Positions 1-13,400 of a DNA stretch of 64,000 bases are shown one piece after another. Made by a program: the position numbers and the translations under genes. Source of the stretch: Eledone cirrhosa (taxonomy: Eukaryota). Location: the NCBI GenBank assembly GCA_964016885.1, contig OZ024756.1, positions 10,788,001-10,852,000 on the forward strand, read 5' to 3'. The notes under the pieces were generated by a model. The model ran no database searches. It had not been told where the DNA came from and saw nothing but the letters and a program-made list of their open reading frames with translations. Within the stretch, counting starts at the first letter, position 1, and each line of letters opens with the position of its first letter.

Positions 1-3000
1 CTCAGATGAGAGGTTGACCTCAGATGAAAAATCGACTTCAGAGGAAAGGTTGACCTCAGATGAGAGGTTGACCTCAGATGAGAGGTTGACCTCAGATGAA
101 AGGTTGACCTCAGATGAAAGGTTGACCTCAGATGAAAGGTTGACCTCAGAGGAAAGGTTGACCTCAGATGAGAGGTTGACCTCAGATGAGAGGTTGACCT
201 CAGATGAAAGATTGACTTCAGATGAAAGGTTGACCTCAGAGGAAAGGTTGACCTCAGATGAGAGGTTGACCTCAGATGAAAGGTTGACCTCAGAGGAAAG
301 GTTGCCCTCAGATGAGAGGTTGACCTCAGATGAGAGGTTGACCCCAGATGAAAGGTTGCCCTCAGAGGAAAGGTTGCCCTCAGATGAGAGGTTGACCTCA
401 GATGAAAGGTTGACCTCAGAGGAAAGGTTGCCCTCAGATGAGAGGTTGACCTCAGATGAGAGGTTGACCTCAGATGAAAGGTTGACCTCAGAGGAAAGGT
501 TGCCCTCAGATGAGAGGTTGCCCTCAGAGGAAAGGTTGCCCTCAGATGAGAGGTTGACCTCAGATGAGAGGTTGACCTCAGATAAGAGGTTGACCTCAGA
601 GGAAAGGTTGACCTCAGATGAGAGGTTGACCTCAGAGGAGAGGTTGACCTCAGATGAGAGGTTGACTTCAGATGAAAGGTTGACCTCAGATGAAAGATTG
701 ACCTCAGAGGAATGGTTGACCTCAGATGAGAGGTTGACCTCAGATGAAAGGTTGACCTCAGATGAAAGATTGACCTCAGAGGAAAGGTTGACCTCAGATG
801 AGAGGTTCACCTCAGAGGAGAGGTTGACCTCAGATGAGAGGTTGACCTCAGATGAAAGGTTGACCTCAGATGAAAGGTTGACCTCAGATGAAAGGTTGAC
901 CTCAGAGGAATGGTTGACCTCAGATGAGAAGTTGACCTCAGATGAAAGGTTGACCTCAGATGAAAGGTTGCCCTCAGAGGAAAGGTTGCCCTCAGATGAG
1001 AGGTTGACCTCAGATGAGAGGTTGACCTCAGATGAAAGGTTGACCTCAGAGGAAAGGTTGCCCTCAGATGAGAGGTTGACCTCAGATGAGAGGTTGACCT
1101 CAGATGAAGGGTTGACCTCAGAGGAAAGGTTGCCCTCAGATGAGAGGTTGCCCTCAGAGGAAAGGTTGCCCTCAGATGAGAGGTTGACCTCAGACGAGAG
1201 GTTGACCTCAGATGAGAGGTTGACCTCAGAGGAAAGGTTGACCACAGATGAGAGGTTGACCTCAGAGGAGAGGTTGACCTCAGATGAGAGGTTGACTTCA
1301 GATGAAAGGTTGACCTCAGATGAAAGATTGACCTCAGAGGAATGGTTGACCTCAGATGAGAGGTTGACCTCAGATGAAAGGTTGACCTCAGATGAAAGAT
1401 TGACCTCAGAGGAAAGGTTGACCTCAGATGAGAGGTTGACCTCAGAGGAGAGGTTGACCTCAGATGAGAGGTTGACCTCAGATGAAAGGTTGACCTCAGA
1501 TGAAAGGTTGACCTCAGATGAAAGATTGACCTCAGAGGAAAGGTTGACCTCAGATGAGAGGTTGACCTCAGAGGAGAGGTTGACCTCAGATGAGAGGTTG
1601 ACCTCAGATGAAAGGTTGACCTCAGATGAAAGGTTGACCTCAGATGAAAGATTGACCTCAGAGGAAAGGTTGACCTCAGATGAGAGGTTGACCTCAGAGG
1701 AGAGGTTGACCTCAGATGAAATGTTGCCCTCAGATGAAAGGTTGACCTCAGATGAAAGGTTGACCTCAGAGGAATGGTTTACCTCAGAGGAATGGATGAC
1801 CTCAGATGTCAGGTTGACCTCAGATGAGAGGTTGACCTCAGATGAGAGGTTGACCTCAGATGAAAGATTGACCTCAGAGGAAAGGTTGCCCTCAGATGAG
1901 AGGTTGACCTCAGATGAAAGGTTGACCTCAGAGGAAAGGTTGCCCTCAGATGAGAGGTTGACCTCAGATGAAAGGTTGACCTCAGAGGAAAGGTTGCCCT
2001 CAGATGAGAGGTTGACCTCAGATGAAAGGTTGACCTCAGAGGAAAGGTTGCCCTCAGATGAAAGGTTGACCTCAGAGGAATGGTTGACCTCAGATGAGAG
2101 GTTGACCTCAGATGAGAGGTTGACCTCAGAGGAATGGTTGACCTCAGATGAGAGGTTGACCTCAGATGAGAGGTTGACCTCAGAGGAGAGGTTGACCTCA
2201 GATGATAGGTTGATCTCAGATGAAAGGTTGACCTAAGAGGAATGGTTGACCTCAGATGAGAGGTTGACCTCAGAGGAAAGGTTGCCCTCAGAGGAAAGGT
2301 TGACCTCAGATGAGAGGTTGACCTCAGAGGAAAGGTTGACCTCAGAGGAAAGGTTGACCTCAGATGAGAGGTTGACCTCAGAGGAATGGTTGCACTCAGA
2401 TGAACGGTTGACCTCAGAGGAAAGGTTGACCTCAGAGGAAAGGTTGATCTCAGATGAGAGGTTGACCTCAGAGGAGAGGTTGACCTCAGAGGAATGGTTG
2501 CACTCAGATGAAAGGTTGACCTCAGAGGAAAGGTTGACCTCAGATGAGAGGTTGACCTCAGATAAAAGGTTGACCTAAGAGGAATGGTTGACCTCAGATA
2601 AGAGGTTGACCTCAGAGGAAAGGTTGACCTCAGAGGAAAGGTTGACCTCAGATGAGAGGTTGACCTCAGAGGAATGGTTGCACTCAGATGAAAGGTTGAC
2701 CTCAGAGGAAAGGTTGACCTCAGATGAGAGGTTGACCTCAGATGAAAGGTTGACCTAAGAGGAATGGTTGACCTCAGATGAGAGGTTGCCCTCAGAGGAA
2801 AGATTGACCTCAGAGGAATGGTTGACCTCAGATGAGAGGTTGACCTCAGATGAGAGGTTGACCTCAGATGAGAGGTTGACCTCAGATGAGAGGTTGACCT
2901 CAGGTGAAAAATCGACTTCAGAGGAAAGGTTGACCTCAGATGAGAGGTTGACCTCAGATGAGAGGTTGACCTCAGATGAAAGGTTGACCTCAGATGAAAG

Positions 3001-5616
3001 GTTGACCTCAGATGAAAGGTTGACCTCAGAGGAAAGGTTGACCTCAGATGAGAGGTTGACCTCAGATGAGAGGTTGACCTCAGATGAAAGATTGACTTCA
3101 GATGAAAGGTTGACCTCAGAGGAAAGGTTGACCTCAGATGAGAGGTTGACCTCAGATGAAAGGTTGACCTCAGAGGAAAGGTTGCCCTCAGATGAGAGGT
3201 TGACCTCAGATGAGAGGTTGACCCCAGATGAAAGGTTGCCCTCAGAGGAAAGGTTGCCCTCAGATGAGAGGTTGACCTCAGATGAAAGGTTGACCTCAGA
3301 GGAAAGGTTGCCCTCAGATGAGAGGTTGACCTCAGATGAGAGGTTGACCTCAGATGAAAGGTTGACCTCAGAGGAAAGGTTGCCCTCAGATGAGAGGTTG
3401 CCCTCAGAGGAAAGGTTGCCCTCAGATGAGAGGTTGACCTCAGATGAGAGGTTGACCTCAGATAAGAGGTTGACCTCAGAGGAAAGGTTGACCTCAGATG
3501 AGAGGTTGACCTCAGAGGAGAGGTTGACCTCAGATGAGAGGTTGACTTCAGATGAAAGGTTGACCTCAGATGAAAGATTGACCTCAGAGGAATGGTTGAC
3601 CTCAGATGAGAGGTTGACCTCAGATGAAAGGTTGACCTCAGATGAAAGATTGACCTCAGAGGAAAGGTTGACCTCAGATGAGAGGTTCACCTCAGAGGAG
3701 AGGTTGACCTCAGATGAGAGGTTGACCTCAGATGAAAGGTTGACCTCAGATGAAAGGTTGACCTCAGATGAAAGATTGACCTCAGAGGAAAGGTTGACCT
3801 CAGATGAGAGGTTGACCTCAGAGGAGAGGTTGACCTCAGATGAGAGGTTGACCTCAGATGAAAGGTTGACCTCAGATGAAAGGTTGACCTCAGATGAAAG
3901 ATTGACCTCAGAGGAAAGATTGACCTCAGATGAGAGGTTGACCTCAGAGGAGAGGTTGACCTCAGATGAAATGTTGCCCTCAGATGAAAGGTTGACCTCA
4001 GATGAAAGGTTGACCTCAGAGGAATGGTTGACCTCAGAGCAATGGTTGACCTCAGATGACAGGTTGACCTCATTTGAAAGGTTGATCTCAGATGAGAGGT
4101 TGACCTCAGATGAAAGATTGACCTCAGATGAAAGGTTGACCTCAGATGAAAGGTTGACCTCAGATGAAAGGTTGACCTCAGAGGAAAGGTTGACCTCAGA
4201 TGAGAGGTTGACCTCAGATGAGAGGTTGACCTCAGATGAGAGGTTGCCCTCAGATGAAAGGTTGACCTCAGATGAAAGGTTGACCTCAGATGAAAGGTTG
4301 ACCTCAGAGGAATGGTTGACCTCAGATGAGAAGTTGACCTCAGATGAAAGGTTGACCTCAGATGAAAAATTGACTTCAGAGGAAAGGTTGACCTCAGATG
4401 AGAGGTTGACCTCAGATGAGAGGTTGACCTCAGATGAAACGTTGACCTCAGATGAAAGGTTGACCTCAGATGAAAGGTTGACCTCTGATGAGAGGTTGAC
4501 CTCAGATGAGAGGTTAACAGGTTGCCCTGAGATGAAAGGTTGACCTCAGCTGAGAGGTTGACCTCAGATGAGAGGTTGACCTCAGATGAAAGATTGACCT
4601 CAGAGGAATGGTTGACCTCAGACGAGAGGTTGACCTCAGATGAGAGGTTGACCTCAGATGAAAGATTGACTTCAGATGAGAGGTTGACCTCAGATGAGAG
4701 GTTGGCCTCAGATGAAAGGTTGACCTCAGAGGAAAGGTCGCCCTCAGATGAGAGGTTGCCCTCAGAGAAAAGGTTGCCCTCAGATGAAAAGTTGACCTCA
4801 GAGGAAAGGTTGACCTCAGATGAGAGGTTGACCTCAGAGGAAAGGTTGACCTCAGAGGAAAGGTTGCCCTCAGATGAGAGGTTGCCCTCAGATGAAAGGT
4901 TGCCCTCAGATGAGAGGTTGACCTCATATGAGAGGTTGACCTCAGAGGAAAGGTTGACCTCAGAGGAATGGTTGACCTCAGATGAGAGGTTGACCTCAGA
5001 GGAATGGTTGACCTCAGATGAGAGTTTGACCTCAGATGAGAGGTTGACCTCAGAGGAATGGTTGACCTCAGATGAGAGGTTGCCCTCAGAGGAAAGGTTG
5101 CCCTCAGATGAGAGGTTGACCTCAGATGAGAGGTTGACCTCAGATGAAAGGTTGACCTCAGAGGAAAGGTTGCCCTCAGATGAGAGGTTGCCCTCAGATG
5201 AGAGGTTGACCTCAGATGCAAGGTTGACCTCAGAGGAATGGTTGACCTCAGATGAGAGGTTGACCTCAGATGAGAGGTTGACCTCAGATGAGAGGTTGAC
5301 CTAAGAGGAATGGTTGACCTCAGATGAGAGGTTGCCCTCAGAGGAATGGTTGCACTCAGATGAAAGGTTGACCTCAGAGGAAAGGTTGACCTCAGAGGAA
5401 AGGTTGACCTCAGATGAGAGGTTGACCTCAGATGAAAGGTTGACCTAAGAGGAATGGTTGACCTCAGATCAGAGGTTGCCCTCAGAGAAAAGGTTGCCCT
5501 CAGATGAGAGGTTGACCTCAGATGAGAGGTTGACCTCAGATGAGAGGTTGACCTCAGATGAGAGGTTGACCTCAGATGAGAGGTTGACCTCAGATGAAAG
5601 GTTGACCTCAGAGGAA
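1..5616. repeat. 18-bp minisatellite A, consensus CTCAGATGAGAGGTTGAC, ~310 units, continues off the left edge
   Basis: Direct 18-bp periodicity; variants GAGGAA/GATGAA/TTGCCC; one phase break near 4511-4530; rare variants recur at 2880-bp spacing. Confidence 0.98.
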
Positions 5617-5734
5617 TTGAAATTTGAGTTCACAGAGTCAGAATGAATTCTGCTAAACATTTTATTTGATTCCAATTCTCTGATGATTCTACAAACTCTT
5701 GTTTTTACCTCATGATATTCACATATAATCTCGT
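5469..5734 (-). CDS. Possible terminal coding exon running from unique sequence into minisatellite A (EIICEYHEVKTRVCRIIRELESNKMFSRIHSDSVNSNFNS-(SEVNLS)n-stop)
   Basis: Minus-strand frame is open through ~120 bp of unique sequence and continues in register into the repeat; CAG acceptor at 5737-5735; TGA at 5471-5469. No recognisable homology and a weak pyrimidine tract. Confidence 0.2.
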
Positions 5735-5735
5735 C

Positions 5736-5981
5736 TGTGTGTGTATGTGTGTAAGTGTGTGTGTGTGTATATATATATCTGGGAGTGTGTGTGTCTGTAA
5801 GTGTGTGTAGGTGTGTGTGTCTGTAAGCATGTGTGTATGTCTGTAAGTGTGTGCAGGTGTGTGTATATGTATATGTCTGTGAATGTGTGTAGGTATGTGT
5901 GTGTGTGTATTGGTGTGTGTGTGTCTGTAAGTGTGTGTGTGTATGTGTGTGTGTATATAGGTATATATATGTCTGTGTGTG

Positions 5982-6034
<53 letters not shown>

Positions 6035-6185
6035 GTCTGAGTGTGTGTAGGTGTGTGTATATATATATATGTATGTGTCTGTGAGTGTGTGTAGGTGTGT
6101 GTGTATGTTTGTATATATATATGTCTGTGAGTGTGTGTGAGTTTGTGTATATATATATGTGACTGTGAGTGTGTGTGTATCTTTG

Positions 6186-6217
<32 letters not shown>

Positions 6218-6474
6218 AGTGTGAGTGTATATATATATATGTGTGTGTGTGTGTGTGAGTGTGAGTGTATATATATATATGTCTGTGAGTGTGTGTGTAT
6301 GTTTATATATATATGTATATGTCTGTGAGTGTGTGTGTGTGTATGTTTGTATATATATATATATATGTGTGTGTGTGAGTGTATATATATATATATATGT
6401 CTGTGAGTGTGTGTGAGTGTGTGTGTATGTTTGTATATATATATATATGTCCGTGAGTGTGTGTGTGAGTGTGA

Positions 6475-6509
<35 letters not shown>

Positions 6510-6541
6510 TGAGTGTGTATGTGTATGTTTGTATGTGTGTG
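5736..6541. repeat. Compound degenerate (TG)n/(TA)n microsatellite
   Basis: Alternating GT and AT dinucleotide runs with recurring GTCTGTGA spacers. Confidence 0.95.
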
Positions 6542-6897
6542 ATATCCCCAAATTAGTGAATTTGACATGAGCTATTGTTTCGTGTAAGATACCTAAAATG
6601 TTGCATTACAGAAACATGGAGCCTTAAATTTAGCAATAAGGTGATAATAGTATAATGTGATAAAAGTAAATTCAATTTAGCTTGCAGTTATATTATCTTT
6701 TGCGGAAGAGGCTGTATCACATTTATTTTTCCATGGTAGCATGTGTAGGTAGGATTATGGTGAAACAATTGATTTTTCAGTGAGATCTTCTTCTTTCAAC
6801 TAACCAATCAGATGTGGAGAACCATTTTTTGGCAGTCAGGTAAATTAAGACAACTAAAGTGATATAGTTTGTCTCTCAATATATTTTTCATCTTCAT

Positions 6898-6960
6898 CTC
6901 AAATCCCACAAGGATTAACTTTGCCTTTCATGCTCAGAGGGTTGATAAAATAAAATACTA
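6898..6960 (+). mobile_element. Diverged fragment of the tRNA-derived SINE also found at 49.5-51.2 kb
   Basis: AAATCCCACAAGGATTAACTTTGCCTTTCAT...GGTTGATAAAATAAA matches the SINE body at 51115-51170. Confidence 0.7.
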
Positions 6961-6962
6961 TA

Positions 6963-7294
6963 TAACCTGTTTGTTACCAACCCAGCCGAAACCAGCTCTG
7001 GTTCTATGAAATAAAGCCACCCATTTTATAGGTATCCAATTTAAATAAAAATCTTTCAGCATAATTTTATATAAGAACCTTATATGCAGTTCCAATCTTG
7101 GTAATGAAATAATTAATAATCTTAGTAAATCCCTCAAAATTCTTCATTAATTAACTCATCATCTTCCATTTCTTAGAGGGTTCTTAACCCCACTATCAGG
7201 CTAAAATTTCTTTAGTCAAAAATACGGCGAAAGCTTCTATTTCTATTTTAAGTAAAATAGTATTTCTTTAAAAATAAAGTCACGGAAGGGTTAA
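6963..7294. mobile_element. Degenerate piggyBac-type MITE remnant(s)
   Basis: TTAA-CCC at 7184-7190 and GGG-TTAA at 7288-7294; a further imperfect inverted pair TTTGTTACCA (~6970) / TGGTAATGAA (~7100). The TIRs are short and degenerate. Confidence 0.35.
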
Positions 7295-7409
7295 GTACTG
7301 CGGCTGAGATAATGTCTGTATCCCCTCCCCTTAAAACATGTGGCCTTGTGCAATATATTTATCATTTCAACTATTTATATTCTAGTTTCAAATATCCATG
7401 AACTGTTCT

Positions 7410-10400
7410 AGTGTGTCTCTCAATGTGTTGTTGTTGTCTGTCAATGTGCTGCTCTCTGTCAATGTGTTGTCATGTGTCTGACAATGTGTTGTTGTATGTC
7501 TGACAATGTGTTGTTGTCTGTCAATGTTTTGTTGTCTGTCAATGTGTTGTTGTGTGTCTCTCAATGTGCTGCTCTCTGTCAATGTGTTGTCATGTGTCTG
7601 ACAATGTGCTGTTGTATGTCTGACAATGTGTTGTTGTCTGTCAATGTTTTGTTGTGTGTCTGTCAATGTGTTGCTGTTTGTCAATGTCTTATTGTCTGAC
7701 ATTGTGTTGTTGTCTGTCAATGCATTGCTGTCTGTCAATGTGTTGCTGTCTGTCAATGTGTTATTGTCTGTCAATGTGTTTCAGTGTGTCAATGTGTTGT
7801 TGTCTGTCAATGTGTTGCTGTCTGTCAATGTGTTGCTGTCTGTTAATGTGTTGTTGTGTGTCTGACAATGTGTTATTGTATGTCTGTCAATGTGTTTCTG
7901 TCTGTCAATGTCTTATTGTCTGACATTGTGTTGTTGTCTGTCAATGCATTGCTGTCTGTCAATGTGTTGCTGTCTGTCAATGTGTTGCTGTCTGTCAATG
8001 TGTTATTGTCTGTCAATGTGTTTCAGTGTGTCAATGTGTTGTTGTCTGTCAATGTGTTGCTGTCTGTCAATGTGTTGCTGTCTGTCAATGTGTTGTTGTG
8101 TGTCAATGTGTTGCTGTCTGTCAATGTATTGCTGTCTGTCAATGTGTTGCTGTCTGTCAATGTATTGTTGTCTGTCACTGTGTTGCTGTGTGTCAATGTT
8201 TTGCTGTCTGTCAATGTATTGCTGTTTGTCAATGTGTTGCTGTCTGTCAATGTGTTGCTGTCTGTTAATGTGTTGTTGTCTGTCAATGTATTGCTGTTTG
8301 TCAATGTGTTGCTGTCTGTCAATGTATTGCTGTCTGTCAATGTGTTGCTGTCTGTCAATGTGTTGCTGTCTGTTAATGTGTTGTTGTCTGTCAATGTGTT
8401 GCTGTCTGTCAATGTATTGCTGTCTGTCAATGTGTTGCTGTCTGTCAATGTGTTGCTGTTTGTCAATGTGTTGCTGTCTGTTAATGTGTTGTTGTCTGTC
8501 AATGTGTTGCTGTCTGTCAATGTGTTGCTGTCTATCAATGTGTTGCTGTCTGTTAATGTGTTGTTGTCTGTCAATGTGTTGCTGTCTGTCAATGTGTTGC
8601 TGTCTATCAATGTGTTGCTGTCTGTTAATGTGTTGTTGTCTGTCAATGTGTTGTTGTCTGTCAATGTGTTTCTGTCTGTCAATGTGTTGTTGTTGTTGTC
8701 TGTCACTGTGTTGCTGTCTGTCAATGTGTTGTTGTCTGTCAATGTGTTGCTGTGTGTCAATGTGTTGCTGTCTGTCAATGTGTTGTTGTCTCTCAATGTG
8801 TTTCTGTCTGTCAATTTGTTGTTGCTGTCTGTCAATGTGTTTCTGTCTGTTAATGTGTTTCTGTCTGTCAATGTGTTGTTGTCTGTCAATGTGTTGTTGT
8901 TGTCTGTCACTGTGTTGCTGTCTGTCAATGTGTTGCTGTCTGTGAATGTGTTGTTGTTGTCTGTCAATGTGTTGTTGTCTGTCAATGTGTTTCTGTCTGT
9001 CAATGTGTTGCTGTCTGTCAATGTGCTGTTGTATGTCAAAGTATTATTGTCTGTCAATGTATTGCTGTTTGTCAATGTCTTGCTGTTTGTCAATGTGCTG
9101 CTGTCTGTCAATGTGTTGTCTGTCTGTCAATGTGTTGCTGTCTATTAATGTGTTGCTGTCTGTCAATGTGTTGCTGTCTGTCAATGTGTTGCTGTCTGTT
9201 AATGTGTTGCTGTCTGTTAATGTGTTGTTGTCTGTCAATGCGTTGTTGTCTGTCAATGTGTTGCTGTCTGTCAATGATTTGCTGCCTGTCAATGTGTTGC
9301 TGTGTGTCAATGCGTTGTTGTCTGTCAATGTGTTTCTGTCTGTCAATGTGTTGTTGCTGTCTGTCAATGATTTGCTGTCTGTCAATGTATTGCTGTCTGT
9401 CAATGTCTTGCTGTCTGTCAATGTGCTGCTGTCTGTCAATGTGTTGTCTGTCTGACAATGTATTGCTGTCTGTCAATTTATTGCTGTCTGTCAATGTATT
9501 GCTGTCTGTCAATGTGTTGCTGTCTGTCAATGTGTTGCTGTGTGTCAATGTCTTGCTGTCTGTCAATGTGTTGTCTGTCTGACAATGTGTTGTTGTCTGT
9601 CAATGTGTTGTGTGACTGACAATGTATTGCTGTCTGTCAATGTGTTGCTGTCTTTAAGTTGTTGCTGTCTGTCAAAGTGTTTCTACCTGTCAATGTGTTG
9701 CTGTCTGTCAATGTGTTGTTGTGTGTCTGTCAATGTGTTGCTGTCTGTCAATGTGTTGCTGTATGTCAATGTGTTACAGTGTGTCAAAGTGTTGCTGTTT
9801 GTCAATGTGTTGCTGTCTGTCAATGTGTTGCTGTCTGTCAATATATTGTTGCCTGTCAATGTGTTGCTGTCTGTCAATGTATTGCTGTCTGTAAATGTGT
9901 TGTTGTCTGTCAATGTGTTGTTGTCTGTCAATGTGATGTTGTCTGTCAATGTGTTGCTGTCTGTCAATGTGTTGCTGTGTGTCAATGTGTTGTTGTGTGT
10001 CAATGTTTTGCTGTCTGTCAATGTGCTGTTGTCTGTCAATGTATTGTTGTCTGTCAATGTATTGCTGTCTGTCAATGTGTTGCAGTCTGTCAATGTGTTG
10101 TTGTCTGTCAATGTATTGCTGTTTGTCAACGTGTTGCTGTCTGTCAATGTGTTGCTGACTGTCAATGTGTTGCTGTCTGTTAATGTGTTGCTGCCTGTCA
10201 GGGTGTTGTTGTGTGTCTGTCAATGTGCTGTTGTCTGTCAATGTATTATTGTCTGTCAATGTGCTGTTGTCTGTCAATGTGTTGCTGTCTGTCAAAGTGC
10301 TGTTGTCTGTCAATGTATTATTGTCTGTCAATGTGCTGTTGACTGTCAATGTGTTGCTGTCTGTCAATGTGTTGCTGTGTGTCAATGTGTTTCTGTCTGT

Positions 10401-13400
10401 CAATGTGCTGCTGTCTGTTATTGTGCTGCTGTCTGTCAATGTGTTGTTGCTGTCTGTCAATGTTTTGCTGTCCGTCAATGTATTGCTGTCTGTCAATGTC
10501 TTGCTGTTTGTCAATGTGCTGCTGTCTGTCAATGTGTTGTCTGTCTGTCAATGTGTTGCTGTCTATTAATGTGTTGCTGTGTGTCAATGTGTTGCTGTCT
10601 GTCAATGTGTTGTTGTCTGTCAATGTGTTTCTGTCTGTCAATGTGTTGTTGCTGTTTGTCAATGTGTTGCTGTCTGTCAATGTGTTGCTGTCTGTCAATG
10701 TGTTGCTGTCTGTTAATGTGTTGCTGTCTGTTAATGTGTTGTTGTCTGTCAATGCGTTGATGTCTGTCAATGTGTTGCTGTCTGTCAATGATTTGCTGCC
10801 TGTCAATGTGTTGCTGTGTGTCAATGCGTAGTTGTCTGTCAATGTGTTTCTGTCTGTCAATGTGTTGTTGCTGTGTGTCAATGTGTTGCTGTCTGTCAAT
10901 GTATTGCTGTCTGTCAATGTCTTGCTGTCTGTCAATGTGCTGCTGTCTGTCAATGTGTTGTCTGTCTGACAATGTATTGCTGTCTGTCAATGTGTTGCTG
11001 TCTTTAAGGTGTTGCTGTCTGTCAAAGTGTTACTACCTGTCAATGTGTAGCTGTCTGTCAATGTGTTGTTGTGTATCTGTCAATGTGTTGCTGTTTGTCA
11101 ATGTGTTACAGTGTGTCAATGTGTTGTTGTCTGTCAATGTGTTGCTGTCTGTCAATGTGTTGTTGTCTGTCAAAGTGTTGCTGTGTGTCTGTCAATGTGT
11201 TGCTGTCTGTCAATGTGTCGCTGTCTGTCAATGTGTAGCTGTCTGTCAATGTGTTGCTGTCTGTCACTGTGTTGTTGTGTGTCTGTCAATATGTTTCTGT
11301 CTGTCAATGTGTTGTTGTGTGTCTGTCAATGTGTTGCTGTCAGTCAATGTGTTGCTGTCAGTCAATGTGTTTCTGTCAGTCAACGTGTTGTTGTGTGTCT
11401 GTCAATGTGTTGCTGTCTGTCAATGTATTGCTGTCTGTCAATGTGTTGCTGTCTGTCAATGTGTTGCTGTCTGTCAATGTGTTGCTGTCTGTCAATGTGT
11501 TGTTGTCTGTCAATGTGTTGCTGTCTGTCAATGTGTTGTTGTCTGTCAATGTGTTGCTGTCTGTCAATGTGTTGCTGTCTGTCAATGTATTGCTGTTTGT
11601 CAATGTGTTGCTGTCTGTCAATGTGTTGCTGTCTGTCAATGTGTTGCTGTCTGTCAATGTGTTGCTGTCTGTCCTTGTGTTGCTGTCTGTTAATGTGTTG
11701 TTGTCTGTCAATGTGTTGCTGTCTGTCAATGTGTTGCTGTCTGTCAATGTATTGCTGTTTGTCAATGTGTTGCTGTCTGTCAATGTGTTGTTGTCTGTCG
11801 ATGTGTTGTTGCTGTCTGTCAATGTGTTACTCTCTGTCAATGTGTTGTTGTCTGTCAATGTGTTGTTGTCTGTCAATGTGTTTCTGTCTGTCAATGTGTT
11901 GTTGTCTGTGAATGTGTTGCTGCCTGTCAATGTGTTGCTGTGTGTCAATGCTTTGTTGTCTGTCAATGTGTTTCTGTCTGTCAATGTGTTGTTGTTGTCT
12001 GTTAATGTGTTGCTGTCTGTCAATGTGTTGCTGTCTGTCAATGTGTTGCTGTCTGTCAATGTGTTGCTGTCTGTCAATGTGTTGCTGTCTGTCAATGTGT
12101 TGTTGTCTGTCAATGTGTTGTTGTCTGTCAATGTGTTGTTGTCTGTCAATGTGTTTCTGTCTGTCAATGTGTTGTTGTCTGTCAATGTGTTGTTGTCTGT
12201 CAATGTGTTTCTGTCTGTCAATGTGTTGTTGTTGTTGTCTGTCACTGTGTTGCTGTCTGTCAATGTGTTGTTGTCTGTCAATGTGTTGCTGTGTGTCAAT
12301 GTGTTGCTGTCTGTCAATGTGTTGTTGTCTCTCAATGTGTTTCTGTCTGTCAATTTGTTGTTGCTGTCTGTCAATGTGTTTCTGTCTGTTAATGTGTTTC
12401 TGTCTGTCAATGTGTTGTTGTCTGTCAATGTGTTGTTGTTGTCTGTCACTGTGTTGCTGTCTGTCAATGTGTTGCTGTCTGTGAATGTGTTGTTGTTGTC
12501 TGTCAATGTGTTGTTGTCTGTCAATGTGTTTCTGTCTGTCAATGTGTTGCTGTCTGTCAATGTGCTGTTGTCTGTCAAAGTATTATTGTCTGTCAATGTA
12601 TTGCTGTTTGTCAATGTCTTGCTGTTTGTCAATGTGCTGCTGTCTGTCAATGTGTTGTCTGTCTGTCAATGTGTTGCTGTCTATTAATGTGTTGCTGTCT
12701 GTCAATGTGTTGCTGTCTGTTAATGTGTTGCTGTCTGTTAATGTGTTGTTGTCTGTCAATGCGTTGTTGTCTGTCAATGTGTTGCTGTCTGTCAATGATT
12801 TGCTGCCTGTCAATGTGTTGCTGTGTGTCAATGCGTTGTTGTCTGTCAATGTGTTTCTGTCTGTCAGTGTGTTGTTGCTGTCTGTCAATGATTTGCTGTC
12901 TGTCAATGTATTGCTGTCTGTCAATGTCTTGCTGTCTGTCAATGTGCTGCTGTCTGTCAATGTGTTGTCTGTCTGACAATGTATTGCTGTCTGTCAATTT
13001 ATTGCTGTCTGTCAATGTATTGCTGTCTGTCAATGTGTTGCTGTCTGTCAATGTGTTGCTGTGTGTCAATGTCTTGCTGTCTGTCAATGTGTTGTCTGTC
13101 TGACAATGTGTTGTTGTCTGTCAATGTGTTGTGTGACTGACAATGTATTGCTGTCTGTCAATGTGTTGCTGTCTTTAAGTTGTTGCTGTCTGTCAAAGTG
13201 TTTCTACCTGTCAATGTGTTGCTGTCTGTCAATGTGTTGTTGTGTGTCTGTCAATGTGTTGCTGTCTGTCAATGTGTTGCTGTATGTCAATGTGTTACAG
13301 TGTGTCAAAGTGTTGCTGTTTGTCAATGTGTTGCTGTCTGTCAATGTGTTGCTGTCTGTCAATATATTGTTGTCTGTCAATGTGTTGCTGTCTGTCAATG

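Noticed and set aside
14-5646. Long (TSDERL)n plus-strand ORFs as a repeat protein
   Set aside because: Consequence of an 18-bp unit; interrupted by recurrent TAA variants and a phase break; no ATG start or unique domain.
6660-6850. Candidate small exons (e.g. TTTTTCAG|6781-6839|GTAAAT, EIFFFQLTNQMWRTIFWQS)
   Set aside because: Splice-like signals exist, but there is no recognisable protein and no consistent gene model.
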